A DNA stretch of 64,000 nucleotides, taken from a virus. The translations under genes were made by a program, and so were the position numbers. A model generated the notes under the pieces. It made no database searches, was not told the DNA's origin, and saw only the letters and a list, made by a program, of their open reading frames with translations. The stretch spans positions 13,120 to 77,119 of IMG/VR virus record IMGVR_UViG_3300024051_000003; one strand, given 5' to 3'. Below are positions 18,794 through 28,417 of the stretch, piece by piece (position 1 is the first letter of the stretch; every line of letters begins with the position of its first letter).

Positions 18794-19375
18794 ATGCCTA
18801 GTGCAACCTACACGGAGGAGTCTCCGTTTTACTGGCCTGAGGGCTGGATTCGTGCCCGTATCGCTTCGTGCGAGGAGAAGGAGATCCCTTTCACGTTGAA
18901 GGAGACTCATCCTCTTGTGAAGGACGGTAAGGCGAAGGTTGGTGACCGTTCGTCGTTTGTTCGGTGGGAGTGGAAGTTCGTTGCTTTGAATGGCTTGCGT
19001 TCGGGTGAGGAGATTTCTGTTCTGACGGATCCGAGTGTTACATGGAACTCGGAGGGGCAGAACAACACTGCGTCGCTGATGATTGCGGCTCGTGGTGGCA
19101 ACGGTCTGCCGAAGGGTCAGGTTGTGTCCACTGATTCGGTGATTGGTCTTGAACTGGACATCAAGATTGAGAATGGCAACATTACGCCGAAGCGGGACAA
19201 CCCTGGCGAGTTTTGGTACAACTCGAAGGTCACCGACTGGGCTGTGGCTAATTCGTATTCGGGTGGGCAGCCTGCCGATCCGTGGGCGAACGAGAGTTCC
19301 GGTCCTGCTGCTCAGTCCGCTAACCCGTGGGGCGCCGCAGCTCCTGCAGGGTTCACGGATGAGCCCCCGTTTTAA
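18794..19375 (+). CDS. ssb: single-stranded DNA-binding protein
   Basis: low-complexity tail 'ADPWA..ANPWG..GFTDEPPF'; position in the recombination module. Confidence 0.7.
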   Translation: MPSATYTEESPFYWPEGWIRARIASCEEKEIPFTLKETHPLVKDGKAKVGDRSSFVRWEWKFVALNGLRSGEEISVLTDPSVTWNSEGQNNTASLMIAARGGNGLPKGQVVSTDSVIGLELDIKIENGNITPKRDNPGEFWYNSKVTDWAVANSYSGGQPADPWANESSGPAAQSANPWGAAAPAGFTDEPPF

Positions 19376-19399
19376 CACTTTGTAGTGTTGAGCGTGTTG

Positions 19400-19425
19400 C
19401 GCCCCCACAACAGTGGGGGCGTTTC
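19400..19425 (+). terminator. putative terminator
   Basis: cgcccccac/gtgggggcg plus tttc. Confidence 0.5.
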
Positions 19426-19920
19426 ATGTCCACCACTGTTGAGAGGATTTCCATGAGGGTTTTCGTGTCGAGCAATTCTGCTCTGTTTGATGCTTACTGT
19501 GAGGGTGAGGAGGTTTACAAGGAGTGGCATACGCGCTTGCAGGGCCGCTTGAGTGCTCTTGGGTTTGCTGCTGGGGAAGTTGTCCCTGTGTTTGCTCGTC
19601 GTGGCGTAGAGCGGGTTCTGCTGGGTTTTTCGGCTACGTTCACGGATTTGACGCAGCACGGTTTTCAGCCGGTGCCGGATTGGAATGATGTGCATACTCC
19701 TGTGCCGCATTCTTTAGCTGATGGGCTACTGGGTAGCTTAGGCCCGATCCCCGAGGATTCTTTGGTGTTGGTCGAGCGTTTTGGGATGCCTGCATCCGCG
19801 AAGATCGGGCCTCGTCGCATGACTTCTCCAGAGGTTTCCGTTGAGGGCGACAGGGTTGTCGTCTGCTGGCATCATGATGTGGAGATTTCCTTCGATGAAG
19901 CCGTGTGGTCTGAGCGATGA
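19426..19920 (+). CDS. hypothetical protein
   Basis: 164-aa ORF with ATGA overlap into the primase gene. Confidence 0.55.
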   Translation: MSTTVERISMRVFVSSNSALFDAYCEGEEVYKEWHTRLQGRLSALGFAAGEVVPVFARRGVERVLLGFSATFTDLTQHGFQPVPDWNDVHTPVPHSLADGLLGSLGPIPEDSLVLVERFGMPASAKIGPRRMTSPEVSVEGDRVVVCWHHDVEISFDEAVWSER

Positions 19921-22286
19921 ACTTAAGCGTTGAGGAGTATCTGGTCTCTAAGGGGTTGCGCCCTGTCCGCGCTGGTAACAATCAGCTCCTTGTGCATTGC
20001 ATGTTCCACGATGATTCGAAGCATTCTCGCGGGAAGATGTACATTAATGCCGAGCATGGCGCCTACCAGTGCAAGGTGTGCCTGTCTGAGGGCGGCTTCT
20101 ATTCCCTGATGAAGCATTACGGGGATGAGAAGGAGCAGCGGGTTAACGCTGACGTTATTGAGCGTTCCATGCGCGCCGAGATTCTTACTGACTACGTGAA
20201 TCATTGCCATGATGTTCTTGTCTCTGGTGAGAATCAGTCCATCCTTGATTATCTGATTGATCGTGGCATTAGCCTTGATTTGGTGGAGCGTTACAAGATC
20301 GGCTTCCATGCTTCTGGCGACAATGTTGAGGCGTTACACAAGTATGGCCGGGAGAAGGTGGAAGCCACTGGCCTGCTGTATAGCGGCGGCAGGTGGGCGC
20401 TCGCGGGGCAGATTACCATCCCGTACATATCTAATGGTCGGGTTTTGATGGTGCGCGGCAAGGATATTGCTGGTAAGTACAAGACTCTCATGGGCGATCA
20501 GCCTCGGCTTTTTAATGGTGATGGCCTGAAGGAAGCGGATATGGCCCTGATTTGCGAGGGGGAGTTTGACACTCTCGTGTTGCAGGAACTGTTGAAGACG
20601 AGCCCGGACGCGAGCCTGCGCAATATTGCCGTGGTGGGCGTTGCGGGGACTGGAGCACTGCCTGAGGGTAAGGACTTTCCGAAGTATTTTGAGGGGTTCC
20701 GTCGCGTCTATCTGGGGTTTGATGCAGATAATGCGGGTCGGAAGGGCGCGGCTGCGTTGCATGAATTGATGCCAGCGCAGTCGAAGACGCTGGAGATCCC
20801 CGAGCAGGGTGCTGACTGGACTGACTGGTTGATTGCGCGCAGCACGAACGGTGAATACGGGAAGACCTGGAAGGACGTTCAGGCTCTCATCCAGGAGGCT
20901 GAGGATCGTGATAAGCGTGTATTCTCGGTGTCTGATGCGGTGCGGGCGTATGAGGAGGAAGAGGCGACGGGTGTTGGCTTGCGTCTTGGCTTCCCGTCGT
21001 TGGATGGGTATTTTCCGAAGGGTTTTCGTCGCGGTAATTTGATTGTTCCGCTGGCTGGAACAGGTGTCGGTAAGGCTTTGGCTGCTGATACTCCTATTCT
21101 TACTCCTGCAGGGTGGACGACTCAGGGCAGATTGAGGCCGTGGGATTACGTGTTTGGCCCGGATGGTAAGCCTGTGAAGGTTATCGGCGTGACTCCTCTG
21201 CAGCATGGTCGCCCTTGCTATAGGGTTACTTTTGGCGGTCAGTCAGTTGTTGCTGATGAACTTCACGAGTGGACTGTGGAGGACTTCCAGGGTGGCACTG
21301 CAACTGTTGAGACTCGTGACCTTGTGAATATGGTTGGCAAGGTTTTCATACCGGGAAAGTATGACTCTCAGCTTTTGCGGAAGGGCGCCCGGTATAAGAG
21401 TGGTGGTAGTCGCATTCTCCATAGAGTGGAGCAGGTGGAGAGTGTTCCGGTTCTTTGCATCCAGGTTGACCGCGAGGATGGGCTGTATCTTGCAGGCAAG
21501 GGCCTCCTGCAGACGCACAATTCGCTTTTCGTCCAGAACATCATGTGGAACACGCGCGGCGTGCGTACTTTGGCCATCACCCCAGAGCTTACTCGTGCAG
21601 AGGTATGGGGGCGCCTGCGTAAGATCGGTCGTTTCCACATGCCATGGGTAGAGTCCGATCAAGAGTTGGCCAATGAACTCCCGAACCTATCCATCGTGGA
21701 GGAGAATAAGGTTCGCCCTCAGGATGTTCGGATGTTCATTGAGGAGTATGCGGAGCGGCATGGTGGTACCCCTGATGTCATCCATTTGGACTATCTGGGG
21801 TATATGGCCCGTCACGCTCAGGGGCAATCTGAGTATGACAGGATCACGAACGCCACAATGGACCTTAAGGCGCTCGCAAAGGAGTATGAGGCTGTTATAT
21901 TCGCCCCGCACCAAGTGAACCGTTCTGGTGGCGTTGGGGAGGCCCCTGAGGCCGATAAGGGCCGTGGCGCTGGAACCGTGGAAGAGACGGCTGATGTTCT
22001 GCTCGGTTTGTGGACTCCGTGGCAGAAGGAGTCTGGTGGCCGCGTCGGGGACGAGTTCATGGTTCGCATCTTGAAGTCTCGTCAGGGTAACCGTGGCCGC
22101 GAGGCCCAACTTTTGATTTCCGCTATGAGCCTTGTCGTGTCAGATCCGGTGATTCCGGGTCATAAGGTCAAGGTGAATAGTGAGAATGAGCAGTGGAATA
22201 TGGGTCGTCCATATGATTCATATTGGGACACTGTTCATCGGACGGCGATTGCCGCCCGGTCGGTTCAGGGTGAGATGCCCTTCTAG
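19917..22286 (+). CDS. DNA primase-helicase (CHC2 zinc finger, TOPRIM, DnaB-like SF4 helicase), intein-containing
   Basis: 'HCMFHDD...CKVC'; TOPRIM 'ICEGEFD','GFDADNAG'; Walker A GTGVGK|S split by the intein; 'HLDYL', 'PHQVNR', 'EETAD', 'LKSRQG'. Confidence 0.9.
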   Translation: MNLSVEEYLVSKGLRPVRAGNNQLLVHCMFHDDSKHSRGKMYINAEHGAYQCKVCLSEGGFYSLMKHYGDEKEQRVNADVIERSMRAEILTDYVNHCHDVLVSGENQSILDYLIDRGISLDLVERYKIGFHASGDNVEALHKYGREKVEATGLLYSGGRWALAGQITIPYISNGRVLMVRGKDIAGKYKTLMGDQPRLFNGDGLKEADMALICEGEFDTLVLQELLKTSPDASLRNIAVVGVAGTGALPEGKDFPKYFEGFRRVYLGFDADNAGRKGAAALHELMPAQSKTLEIPEQGADWTDWLIARSTNGEYGKTWKDVQALIQEAEDRDKRVFSVSDAVRAYEEEEATGVGLRLGFPSLDGYFPKGFRRGNLIVPLAGTGVGKALAADTPILTPAGWTTQGRLRPWDYVFGPDGKPVKVIGVTPLQHGRPCYRVTFGGQSVVADELHEWTVEDFQGGTATVETRDLVNMVGKVFIPGKYDSQLLRKGARYKSGGSRILHRVEQVESVPVLCIQVDREDGLYLAGKGLLQTHNSLFVQNIMWNTRGVRTLAITPELTRAEVWGRLRKIGRFHMPWVESDQELANELPNLSIVEENKVRPQDVRMFIEEYAERHGGTPDVIHLDYLGYMARHAQGQSEYDRITNATMDLKALAKEYEAVIFAPHQVNRSGGVGEAPEADKGRGAGTVEETADVLLGLWTPWQKESGGRVGDEFMVRILKSRQGNRGREAQLLISAMSLVVSDPVIPGHKVKVNSENEQWNMGRPYDSYWDTVHRTAIAARSVQGEMPF
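21075..21521 (+). mobile_element. class-3 mini-intein (149 aa) in the helicase P-loop
   Basis: starts at Ala (ALAADTPILT), block B 'ADELHEW', block F 'VLCIQVD', ends THN before Ser+1; no endonuclease domain. Confidence 0.92.
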
Positions 22287-22303
22287 TGTGGAATGAGGAT
22301 CTA

Positions 22304-22954
22304 ATGTCCAAGATTGACAAGCCGCTGCCCTCTCCCGAAGTTCTTATGGAGAGTAGCGCACAACTGGTTCAGTACATTGCGCTGGGTGAACTGGTTGAGA
22401 AGGAAGTTAAGGAAGCTCGTGCGCGGCACACGGAGATGTTGAAGCGTGTGCATGATGCAACTGGTTCCAAGTCGTGGGAGGCTCGCTATAAGGGCGAGCG
22501 CCTCGCCAACCTGACCCTCGCGTTTAACGCTGAGTCTTTCTCTGTGGAGAAGCCTGCTGAGGTCATTGAGTGGTTGAAGGAGAACGGTCTGGAGAAGTAC
22601 CTTCACGTTGAGTTTCATGAGCGTGTGGTCATTGAGGAGCACACTACTGAGACGGTTGCTGAAGCATTCACAAAGGGTCTATCCCACAAGGATGGTGTGA
22701 CTTACATTGATGGAACGCCCGTTCCTGAGGGTTTTGTGAAGCACGTTCCGGGCGGCACGAGAGTTTCTCGTCTCTCGGTGACTAAGAAGGACATTAAGGC
22801 TATCCAGAGGGCCCTGAGTGACCCTGAGAACCCTGCTTTGCAGCGCGCTGCTGGCTTTGAGGTTCCTCAGATTGAGGGTTCTGATGAGGCGCCGGTGGAA
22901 GGTGAGGTTGTTGACGAACCGAAGTCCAAGATTGACAAGTTCCCCTGGGAGTAG
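22304..22954 (+). CDS. hypothetical protein
   Basis: RBS gagga; coiled-coil N-terminus; SKIDK motif at both ends. Confidence 0.65.
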   Translation: MSKIDKPLPSPEVLMESSAQLVQYIALGELVEKEVKEARARHTEMLKRVHDATGSKSWEARYKGERLANLTLAFNAESFSVEKPAEVIEWLKENGLEKYLHVEFHERVVIEEHTTETVAEAFTKGLSHKDGVTYIDGTPVPEGFVKHVPGGTRVSRLSVTKKDIKAIQRALSDPENPALQRAAGFEVPQIEGSDEAPVEGEVVDEPKSKIDKFPWE

Positions 22955-22956
22955 TC

Positions 22957-23403
22957 GTGTGGTTTGATGATCTGACGACCATCAAATACTCTCACGTACT
23001 GTCGTACATCGAGAGGCGGTTTGGTGCGTCTCGATGGGACGGCAAGGTCACGTATCAGGATTTCTTTAAACGCGAGTGCATTTCCGTGCAGGCGTGGGCG
23101 AAGAAGAGGAAGTTGGATGCGTGGAAACTTATGGCTGCGGCGAGGTATTGCGCGGAACATGACCTTCCGGTGCTGGCTTTTTGGGACTTGGAGAAGTTTG
23201 TTCCGGCTGCTGTTCCGTGGATGCAGGCGCGTCGCGAACTGCATGATTCAAAGTCATTTGATCAACAGTATACGACCGCTATCGCTGAGGCTTACGAGTC
23301 CGATCCTGAGTGGCATGTTCGTTTAGTTGCGTGCGTGCCAGAGTTCCGCGAGGAGACGTATAAGGAATGGCTGCAGTCAAGAGGTCTTCCCCAGCAAAAG
23401 TGA
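22957..23403 (+). CDS. hypothetical protein
   Basis: 148-aa ORF, tightly packed. Confidence 0.6.
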   Translation: MWFDDLTTIKYSHVLSYIERRFGASRWDGKVTYQDFFKRECISVQAWAKKRKLDAWKLMAAARYCAEHDLPVLAFWDLEKFVPAAVPWMQARRELHDSKSFDQQYTTAIAEAYESDPEWHVRLVACVPEFREETYKEWLQSRGLPQQK

Positions 23404-23702
23404 AGCTGGAGAGCCTTGCCGGGGTATCTCATGGGCATTTATGCTCGCAGTGCGTCAGGAGGTACGATGACCGTTGTGAGGATCCCGGCGTTGATCGGGT
23501 GTGTCCGATCTGTCGCAATGGAACGACCCGCCCAATCTGGTGGGTTACTCCGCAGGCTTGTTGCACGAAGGGTGTTGTTCGCTTGAGTCAGCAGGATGCT
23601 TGGCGGGCTCATTTGGGTGGCAAGTCTGTGTGGTGGGAATGTACGGTATGCAAACGGAAGCATCCGTTTGATCCAAGAGGAATGGAGTTGAGTAATGCCT
23701 AG
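23367..23702 (+). CDS. Cys-rich putative zinc-binding protein
   Basis: three CxxC pairs plus CC. Confidence 0.5.
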   Translation: MAAVKRSSPAKVKLESLAGVSHGHLCSQCVRRYDDRCEDPGVDRVCPICRNGTTRPIWWVTPQACCTKGVVRLSQQDAWRAHLGGKSVWWECTVCKRKHPFDPRGMELSNA

Positions 23703-24090
23703 TCCGTTTACGCTTCACACGAGTGATGACGTGTATGACGAGATTGATGTGGACTCGGAGTATGAGCCTGACGTGTCTGTGGAGTCTGGGTTTGATGATG
23801 GCCCGGAGATTCTGCAGGGTGTGTCTGTTTCTGAGGTGGAATCGAATGGCACGTTCGAGGGTCGCGCCATTGATGGTGGGACTCTGTTGAATGTGGCGTT
23901 GAAGTTGGATCACTTCCCCACGATGACAATTGATGACCGTGTGAAGGTCGTTGGCGAACTGATTGTTGTGGATGTTTCTCACCGTGTAAACAAGGATGGG
24001 AAGCTCACTCGCATCGTGAAGGCTCGCCAGCAGGATGCTTACGTTGAGCCGTTCGAGGATGGCAAAGATGATGGGGTTATTCGCTCTTGA
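23695..24090 (+). CDS. hypothetical protein
   Basis: acidic N-terminus, RBS ggag. Confidence 0.6.
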   Translation: MPSPFTLHTSDDVYDEIDVDSEYEPDVSVESGFDDGPEILQGVSVSEVESNGTFEGRAIDGGTLLNVALKLDHFPTMTIDDRVKVVGELIVVDVSHRVNKDGKLTRIVKARQQDAYVEPFEDGKDDGVIRS

Positions 24091-24587
24091 TCATCCTCGG
24101 GATTGATTTGTCGTCGTCCTCCACTGGTCTTGCGCTGGTGGGGGACGACGACTCTTTGCGCACTGTTGCGGTCAGGCCGAAGGGTAAGCGCGGCAGGGAT
24201 CGCTTCAGGGCTATCATGTCTGCTATTGAGGAGACCATCCAGTATGAGGGGGTGGATGTGGTGGGCATCGAGAACCCTGCGCATAACGCATCATCTGGCG
24301 CCAAGGATGTCGTGTATGGCTTCTGGTGGTATGCGACGCAGATTATTCATGAGTCTGGGGTTCCGTGGTATCGGGTGATGCCGTCGTCTCGGGCTAAGTA
24401 TTTGACGGGCAGCGGTCGGGCGAGTAAGGCCGAAGCCTTGAGGGCTGCTTCTGAGCGTGCTGGGCGCCTCCTGGGGACCGATGATGAGGCTGATGCTGCT
24501 GCTATTGCCTGGATGGGCTTGGAGGCCCTGAGCGGGGCTTCTGTGAGTGGTGTGAAGTGGGAGGTGAAGTATGAACACGTTGGATGA
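24087..24587 (+). CDS. ruvC: RuvC-like Holliday junction resolvase
   Basis: 'ILGIDLS..STGLA', 'VGIE', 'GSGRASK', 'DDEADA'. Confidence 0.85.
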   Translation: MIILGIDLSSSSTGLALVGDDDSLRTVAVRPKGKRGRDRFRAIMSAIEETIQYEGVDVVGIENPAHNASSGAKDVVYGFWWYATQIIHESGVPWYRVMPSSRAKYLTGSGRASKAEALRAASERAGRLLGTDDEADAAAIAWMGLEALSGASVSGVKWEVKYEHVG

Positions 24588-24813
24588 CATTGTGGAGCAG
24601 AACGGCGGAGCTGTTGTGACATCTATTGCGTTCCCTGAGGAGGGTGCGGTGCTCACTGTGGAGTTTCCGTCCGGCCAGGATGGGGTGCGCGTGGTGAAGC
24701 AGATTGGCGTCGAGTATGACGGTAAGCGGTTCGGTGATCAGGCGTTCGAACTATTCCAGTTGGCTACAGAATTGGCTTTCGAGGTGAATGGAACTTTGAA
24801 GGCTAGTCATTAA
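24571..24813 (+). CDS. hypothetical protein
   Basis: 80-aa ORF with RBS gaggtg. Confidence 0.55.
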   Translation: MNTLDDIVEQNGGAVVTSIAFPEEGAVLTVEFPSGQDGVRVVKQIGVEYDGKRFGDQAFELFQLATELAFEVNGTLKASH

Positions 24814-24825
24814 ATGGTCGTTTGA
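24810..24825. promoter_or_regulatory. recurrent operator-like motif copy
   Basis: ttaaatggtcgtttga. Confidence 0.5.
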
Positions 24826-24866
24826 TAGGACTGTTTGGGTGGTGCCGGGTTGGTGGCGCTTACTGT

Positions 24867-24900
24867 TGGGGAGTGACCTTCGGGTCGCTCCCCATTTTCT
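24867..24900 (+). terminator. terminator with UUCG tetraloop
   Basis: tggggagtgacc-ttcg-ggtcgctcccca-tttt. Confidence 0.8.
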
Positions 24901-24918
24901 TTTCCTTTGGAGGTTTTC

Positions 24919-25356
24919 ATGAATCCTACTGTTGTTTTTGCTCGCACATTCGACCACGATTACCCGATGCCCAGTCGTGCGCATCTAGGTGATGCCGGGT
25001 TTGATTTGATGGCCGTTGAGAATGGGGTTCTTGATCCGGGCGAGACGCGGCTGTTCGATACGGGATGGTCTATGCAGATGCCGGAATACATGGTTGGGTT
25101 CGTATGTTCCCGCTCCGGTCTCGCGGCGAAGAAGGGAGTGCACGTCCTAAACTCTCCGGGGATCATTGATTCTGGGTATCGTGGCTCGATGGGTGTCACT
25201 TTGCATAACGCGTCGCAGCAGCCTGTGGTGATTACCAAGGGTGACCGGATGGCACAGTTGTTGTTTTTGACGTTCCAGTCACCACACCTTGAAGAGGTCG
25301 CTGAACTTGATGAGCATGAGCGCGGTCAGGGCGGCTTTGGATCGACGGGCTCCTGA
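24919..25356 (+). CDS. dut: trimeric dUTPase
   Basis: motifs AGFDL, RSGLA, GIIDSGYRG, GDRMAQL, RGQGGFGSTG. Confidence 0.95.
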   Translation: MNPTVVFARTFDHDYPMPSRAHLGDAGFDLMAVENGVLDPGETRLFDTGWSMQMPEYMVGFVCSRSGLAAKKGVHVLNSPGIIDSGYRGSMGVTLHNASQQPVVITKGDRMAQLLFLTFQSPHLEEVAELDEHERGQGGFGSTGS

Positions 25357-25447
25357 CGGCAGTGCCCGCCCGGACAAGTTTTCCAGCCCCTGCGCTTGAA
25401 GTGTTGAGCAGGGGAGAATTTCTTAACCGTTATAGGAAGGATTTGCT

Positions 25448-25681
25448 ATGAGTGTGCGTCATTCTGATCTTGGCAGTGAGGTGCGTACTGTTGTTACGCA
25501 CCCGACTTATCAGGGTTCAACACCAATTTTTGATGAGCTTGTGCGTGAGCGCGAGGAGATGGCCCAACTTGCTGAGGCAGACGCCGAGGAGCAGGCTGGG
25601 GATGTGATCGTGGAGTTCTTGAAGAGGAACTCGCGGTGGGGTCGCCTGAAGGCTCGCGTGAAGGGATGGCTCGCGTGGTGA
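25448..25681 (+). CDS. hypothetical protein
   Basis: RBS aggaagg; 77 aa. Confidence 0.5.
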   Translation: MSVRHSDLGSEVRTVVTHPTYQGSTPIFDELVREREEMAQLAEADAEEQAGDVIVEFLKRNSRWGRLKARVKGWLAW

Positions 25682-26253
25682 CCGCCGTCATTGGCCTGCA
25701 CGGCGAGGCCGGGGTGGGTAAGGACTGGATCGCTGACCAACTTGTAGAGAAGCACGGTTTTGTGAAGTTGTCTTTCGCGGCGCCCTTGAAGGAGGCGGTG
25801 CGGGCGTTGAATCCTATCGTCAGTTATGGTGGGCGCGTTGTGCGTCTCGATGAAGCTCTTGCGGAGGGTGAGGCGCATGTGAAGGCTTACTATCCTGAGT
25901 ACCGTCGCCTCCTTGAAGTGTTTGGCACTGAGGTTGCACGAGACATGTTCGGCGAGGATGTTTGGGTCAAGCAGATGGAGGAAACTATCCGTAACATTTG
26001 GCTTGATCGTGATGCGAGGATTGTCATCTCAGATGTCCGGTTCCCTAACGAGGCTGAGTGGATTCGTCGCCATGTCGGCGGGAAGGTTGTTAGGGTTTCT
26101 GGGGTTTCTTCAGGATTGGATTCTGATGGTCATGCGTCACGCAAGAGCCTGGCGGATGATCTGGTTGATGCGGCCTTCGTTAATGACCGGGACGTAGATG
26201 GCTTCAGTGACTTCCTTGCGGTTTTGGAGTTGATTGGTGTTGATTATGCCTGA
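25666..26253 (+). CDS. deoxynucleoside monophosphate kinase
   Basis: 'IGLHGEAGVGKD', 'SFAAPLK', 'RRLLEVFGTE..R', 'VISDVRFPNE'. Confidence 0.9.
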   Translation: MARVVTAVIGLHGEAGVGKDWIADQLVEKHGFVKLSFAAPLKEAVRALNPIVSYGGRVVRLDEALAEGEAHVKAYYPEYRRLLEVFGTEVARDMFGEDVWVKQMEETIRNIWLDRDARIVISDVRFPNEAEWIRRHVGGKVVRVSGVSSGLDSDGHASRKSLADDLVDAAFVNDRDVDGFSDFLAVLELIGVDYA

Positions 26254-26301
26254 CGTCCGTTTCCAAAGTTTAGGAAACTGTATGCGAAAGAGGTGCTATC
26301 A

Positions 26302-27459
26302 ATGGGGGTAATCAAGGCATTAGACCTGTTTGCTGGGCCTGGCGGTTGGGATGAGGGTATCAAGCATCTCGGCTTTGACGTCCTCGGTATCGAATGGGAC
26401 AAGAGTGCTGCGGAGACGGCGATGAAGGCCGGTCATGCTCGCATGGTGGCTGACGTTGCAGAGTTGGAGCCAGCAGATTTTGGGCCAGTCTCGCTGCTGA
26501 TAGCAAGTCCGCCTTGCCAGAGCTATTCCCCTGCGGGTAAGCAAACGGGACGAATCCATGACGTAAATCCGCTCTTGGAGCAGGTTCGTAGTATTAGAAC
26601 CTATTCGGATGTGGTTGCAGTGATCGCGGACCAGAAGGGGAAGTTGAAGGACCCACGCTCCGTGCTCGTTTTGGAGCCTCTACGGTACGCTTTGCGCCTC
26701 ACGCCGTCCTTCATTGCTTTAGAGCAGGTTCCTACCGTCTTGCCCATTTGGGAGGCTGTAGCGGACGTTCTGAGGGCTGTGGGGTACAGCGTGGATGTCG
26801 GGTACGTGCATTCGGAGCAGTTCGGTGTCCCGCAGACCCGTAAGCGAGCCTATCTGGTTGCTGCGGCACCGTGGACTGGGCGTCTTGCGGTTTTGCCTGA
26901 GCCTACTCATTCGCGTTACCACTCTCGCAAGCCTTCCCGACTTGATGAGGGTGTCCTGCCGTGGGTGTCCATGGCTGAAGCTCTCGCAGGGACGTTCCCT
27001 GAGCCCGGCGAAGACCATATGGAAGCGGGGGCTGTGCAGATGGTTGCAGGCAATCAGGCTCACGCGGCGCGCCGAGACTTCAACCATCCGGCGCCGACCG
27101 CAGCCTACGGGCATAACGTCACGAACCACAGGTTCGTCCCCATCATGGCAAACAGTGGGGATCCTGTGGAGAACGCTGATTGGGTGTACCGCCGCCCCGG
27201 AATGACCGTGGTGGGATCGTTCAGGCCAGATGTGCAGAACGGCCCGGGGTATCGCAAGGCCGGGGATGGGCCGCGCCAGAAGGCCCCCGGTAGTGTGCAG
27301 ATCACGAAGGAGCAGGGTTCCATCTTGCAGTCATTCCCCGCGGATTACCCGTGGCAGGGTAGTGAGTCGGCGAAGTGGCGTCAGATTGGTGACGCTGTTC
27401 CACCTCTGGTTGCTCGGGCTGTTATTGAGGGACTGCTGGGAAGGTGTGATGGTAAGTGA
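26302..27459 (+). CDS. DNA (cytosine-5) methyltransferase
   Basis: motif I DLFAGPGG, IV SPPCQ, VI LEQV (ENV variant), VIII QTRKR, X QIGDAVPP. Confidence 0.9.
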   Translation: MGVIKALDLFAGPGGWDEGIKHLGFDVLGIEWDKSAAETAMKAGHARMVADVAELEPADFGPVSLLIASPPCQSYSPAGKQTGRIHDVNPLLEQVRSIRTYSDVVAVIADQKGKLKDPRSVLVLEPLRYALRLTPSFIALEQVPTVLPIWEAVADVLRAVGYSVDVGYVHSEQFGVPQTRKRAYLVAAAPWTGRLAVLPEPTHSRYHSRKPSRLDEGVLPWVSMAEALAGTFPEPGEDHMEAGAVQMVAGNQAHAARRDFNHPAPTAAYGHNVTNHRFVPIMANSGDPVENADWVYRRPGMTVVGSFRPDVQNGPGYRKAGDGPRQKAPGSVQITKEQGSILQSFPADYPWQGSESAKWRQIGDAVPPLVARAVIEGLLGRCDGK

Positions 27460-27638
27460 TTAGGCATCATGTCTTTGAAGATCCCTTTGATGGCGGCTTT
27501 ACGATCCTTGATGTGGTTACGGGCAAGCATGTGGCAACACTGGACACAATGGATGAAGTTCGAGCCTGGATGGAAGGAGACAGGGATGAACCTGGAGGAG
27601 GAGATCCGCAGTCGCATAGCGAAGGATTTGGCGACTGA
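27456..27638 (+). CDS. small hypothetical protein
   Basis: GTGA overlap with the methyltransferase gene. Confidence 0.4.
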   Translation: MIRHHVFEDPFDGGFTILDVVTGKHVATLDTMDEVRAWMEGDRDEPGGGDPQSHSEGFGD

Positions 27639-27813
27639 AATAGAGTTCGTTCGCAACCTTGCGGCACGGGCGGAGGGGCTCCGCATGGCCCACCTGGGTA
27701 GTGTTCGGCAGGGCCTCTATCGGGCTCGCGACATTGTGTTACAGCAGGGCTTGCCTCCCGAAGCGTCTAGCGATGTTAGACGCAAAATGCTCAACGGGGA
27801 GCTTCGCTACTAA
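27586..27813 (+). CDS. small hypothetical protein
   Basis: RBS aaggag; MNLEEEIRSRIAKDL... Confidence 0.5.
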   Translation: MNLEEEIRSRIAKDLATEIEFVRNLAARAEGLRMAHLGSVRQGLYRARDIVLQQGLPPEASSDVRRKMLNGELRY

Positions 27814-27830
27814 CGAGGGGTGCGTGAATC

Positions 27831-28013
27831 ATGGACACGGTTAATGCTGAGGAGGCTATCCGAATTCGGATAGCCTTGGACTTGAGCGACAGGATCCAAG
27901 AGATGCTAGAGGGGCCAGCGCCTAACGACGATGATATGTTCCATTACTCCTCTGGTGTTGTTGAGGGGCTGCGGATGGCTTCTTCTATCGTGTTAGGGCG
28001 TGATTGGTTGTGA
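27831..28013 (+). CDS. small hypothetical protein
   Basis: RBS gagggg; similar in style to the preceding ORF (IRxxIAxDL). Confidence 0.5.
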   Translation: MDTVNAEEAIRIRIALDLSDRIQEMLEGPAPNDDDMFHYSSGVVEGLRMASSIVLGRDWL

Positions 28014-28357
28014 AGGCTACTGACATTCCCGAGTCTTCTCGCCGGGCTGTTGATGCCCGCGACCGGAGCACGTGTCGCGGGTGCGGGCAGGCTGGCCAGG
28101 GGAGGGAGAAGCATCATATTGTGTATCGCTCTCAGGAGCGGAATAACCATGATCCGAGTAACCTCGTGAGTTTGTGCTATCACTGTCATCGGATGGTTCA
28201 TTCTTACCCGGAGACGTGTAGGCCGCTGCTGCTGCGCGTGGTGGCTGGTCATGCGTTGACTGTCCTGGCTGCTTTGAGGCAGGATATGGCGCGGGCTGGG
28301 GCTTCTCGTGGGGAGATTGTTGAGAGGTTGCGGTCGTTGCGTCGTGGCACGTTGTAG
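28010..28357 (+). CDS. HNH endonuclease
   Basis: 'CRGCG..EKHHI...NLVSLCYHCHRMVH'. Confidence 0.85.
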   Translation: MKATDIPESSRRAVDARDRSTCRGCGQAGQGREKHHIVYRSQERNNHDPSNLVSLCYHCHRMVHSYPETCRPLLLRVVAGHALTVLAALRQDMARAGASRGEIVERLRSLRRGTL

Positions 28358-28360
28358 GGC

Positions 28361-28407
28361 ACAAAAAAAGGGCCCCCTCCACCATTTCTGGTGGAGGGGG
28401 CTTTGTG
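28361..28407. terminator. bidirectional terminator at the convergence of the two arms
   Basis: A-tract, gccccctccacca/tggtggagggggc, T-tract. Confidence 0.85.
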
Positions 28408-28417
28408 CCGTTTCGGG

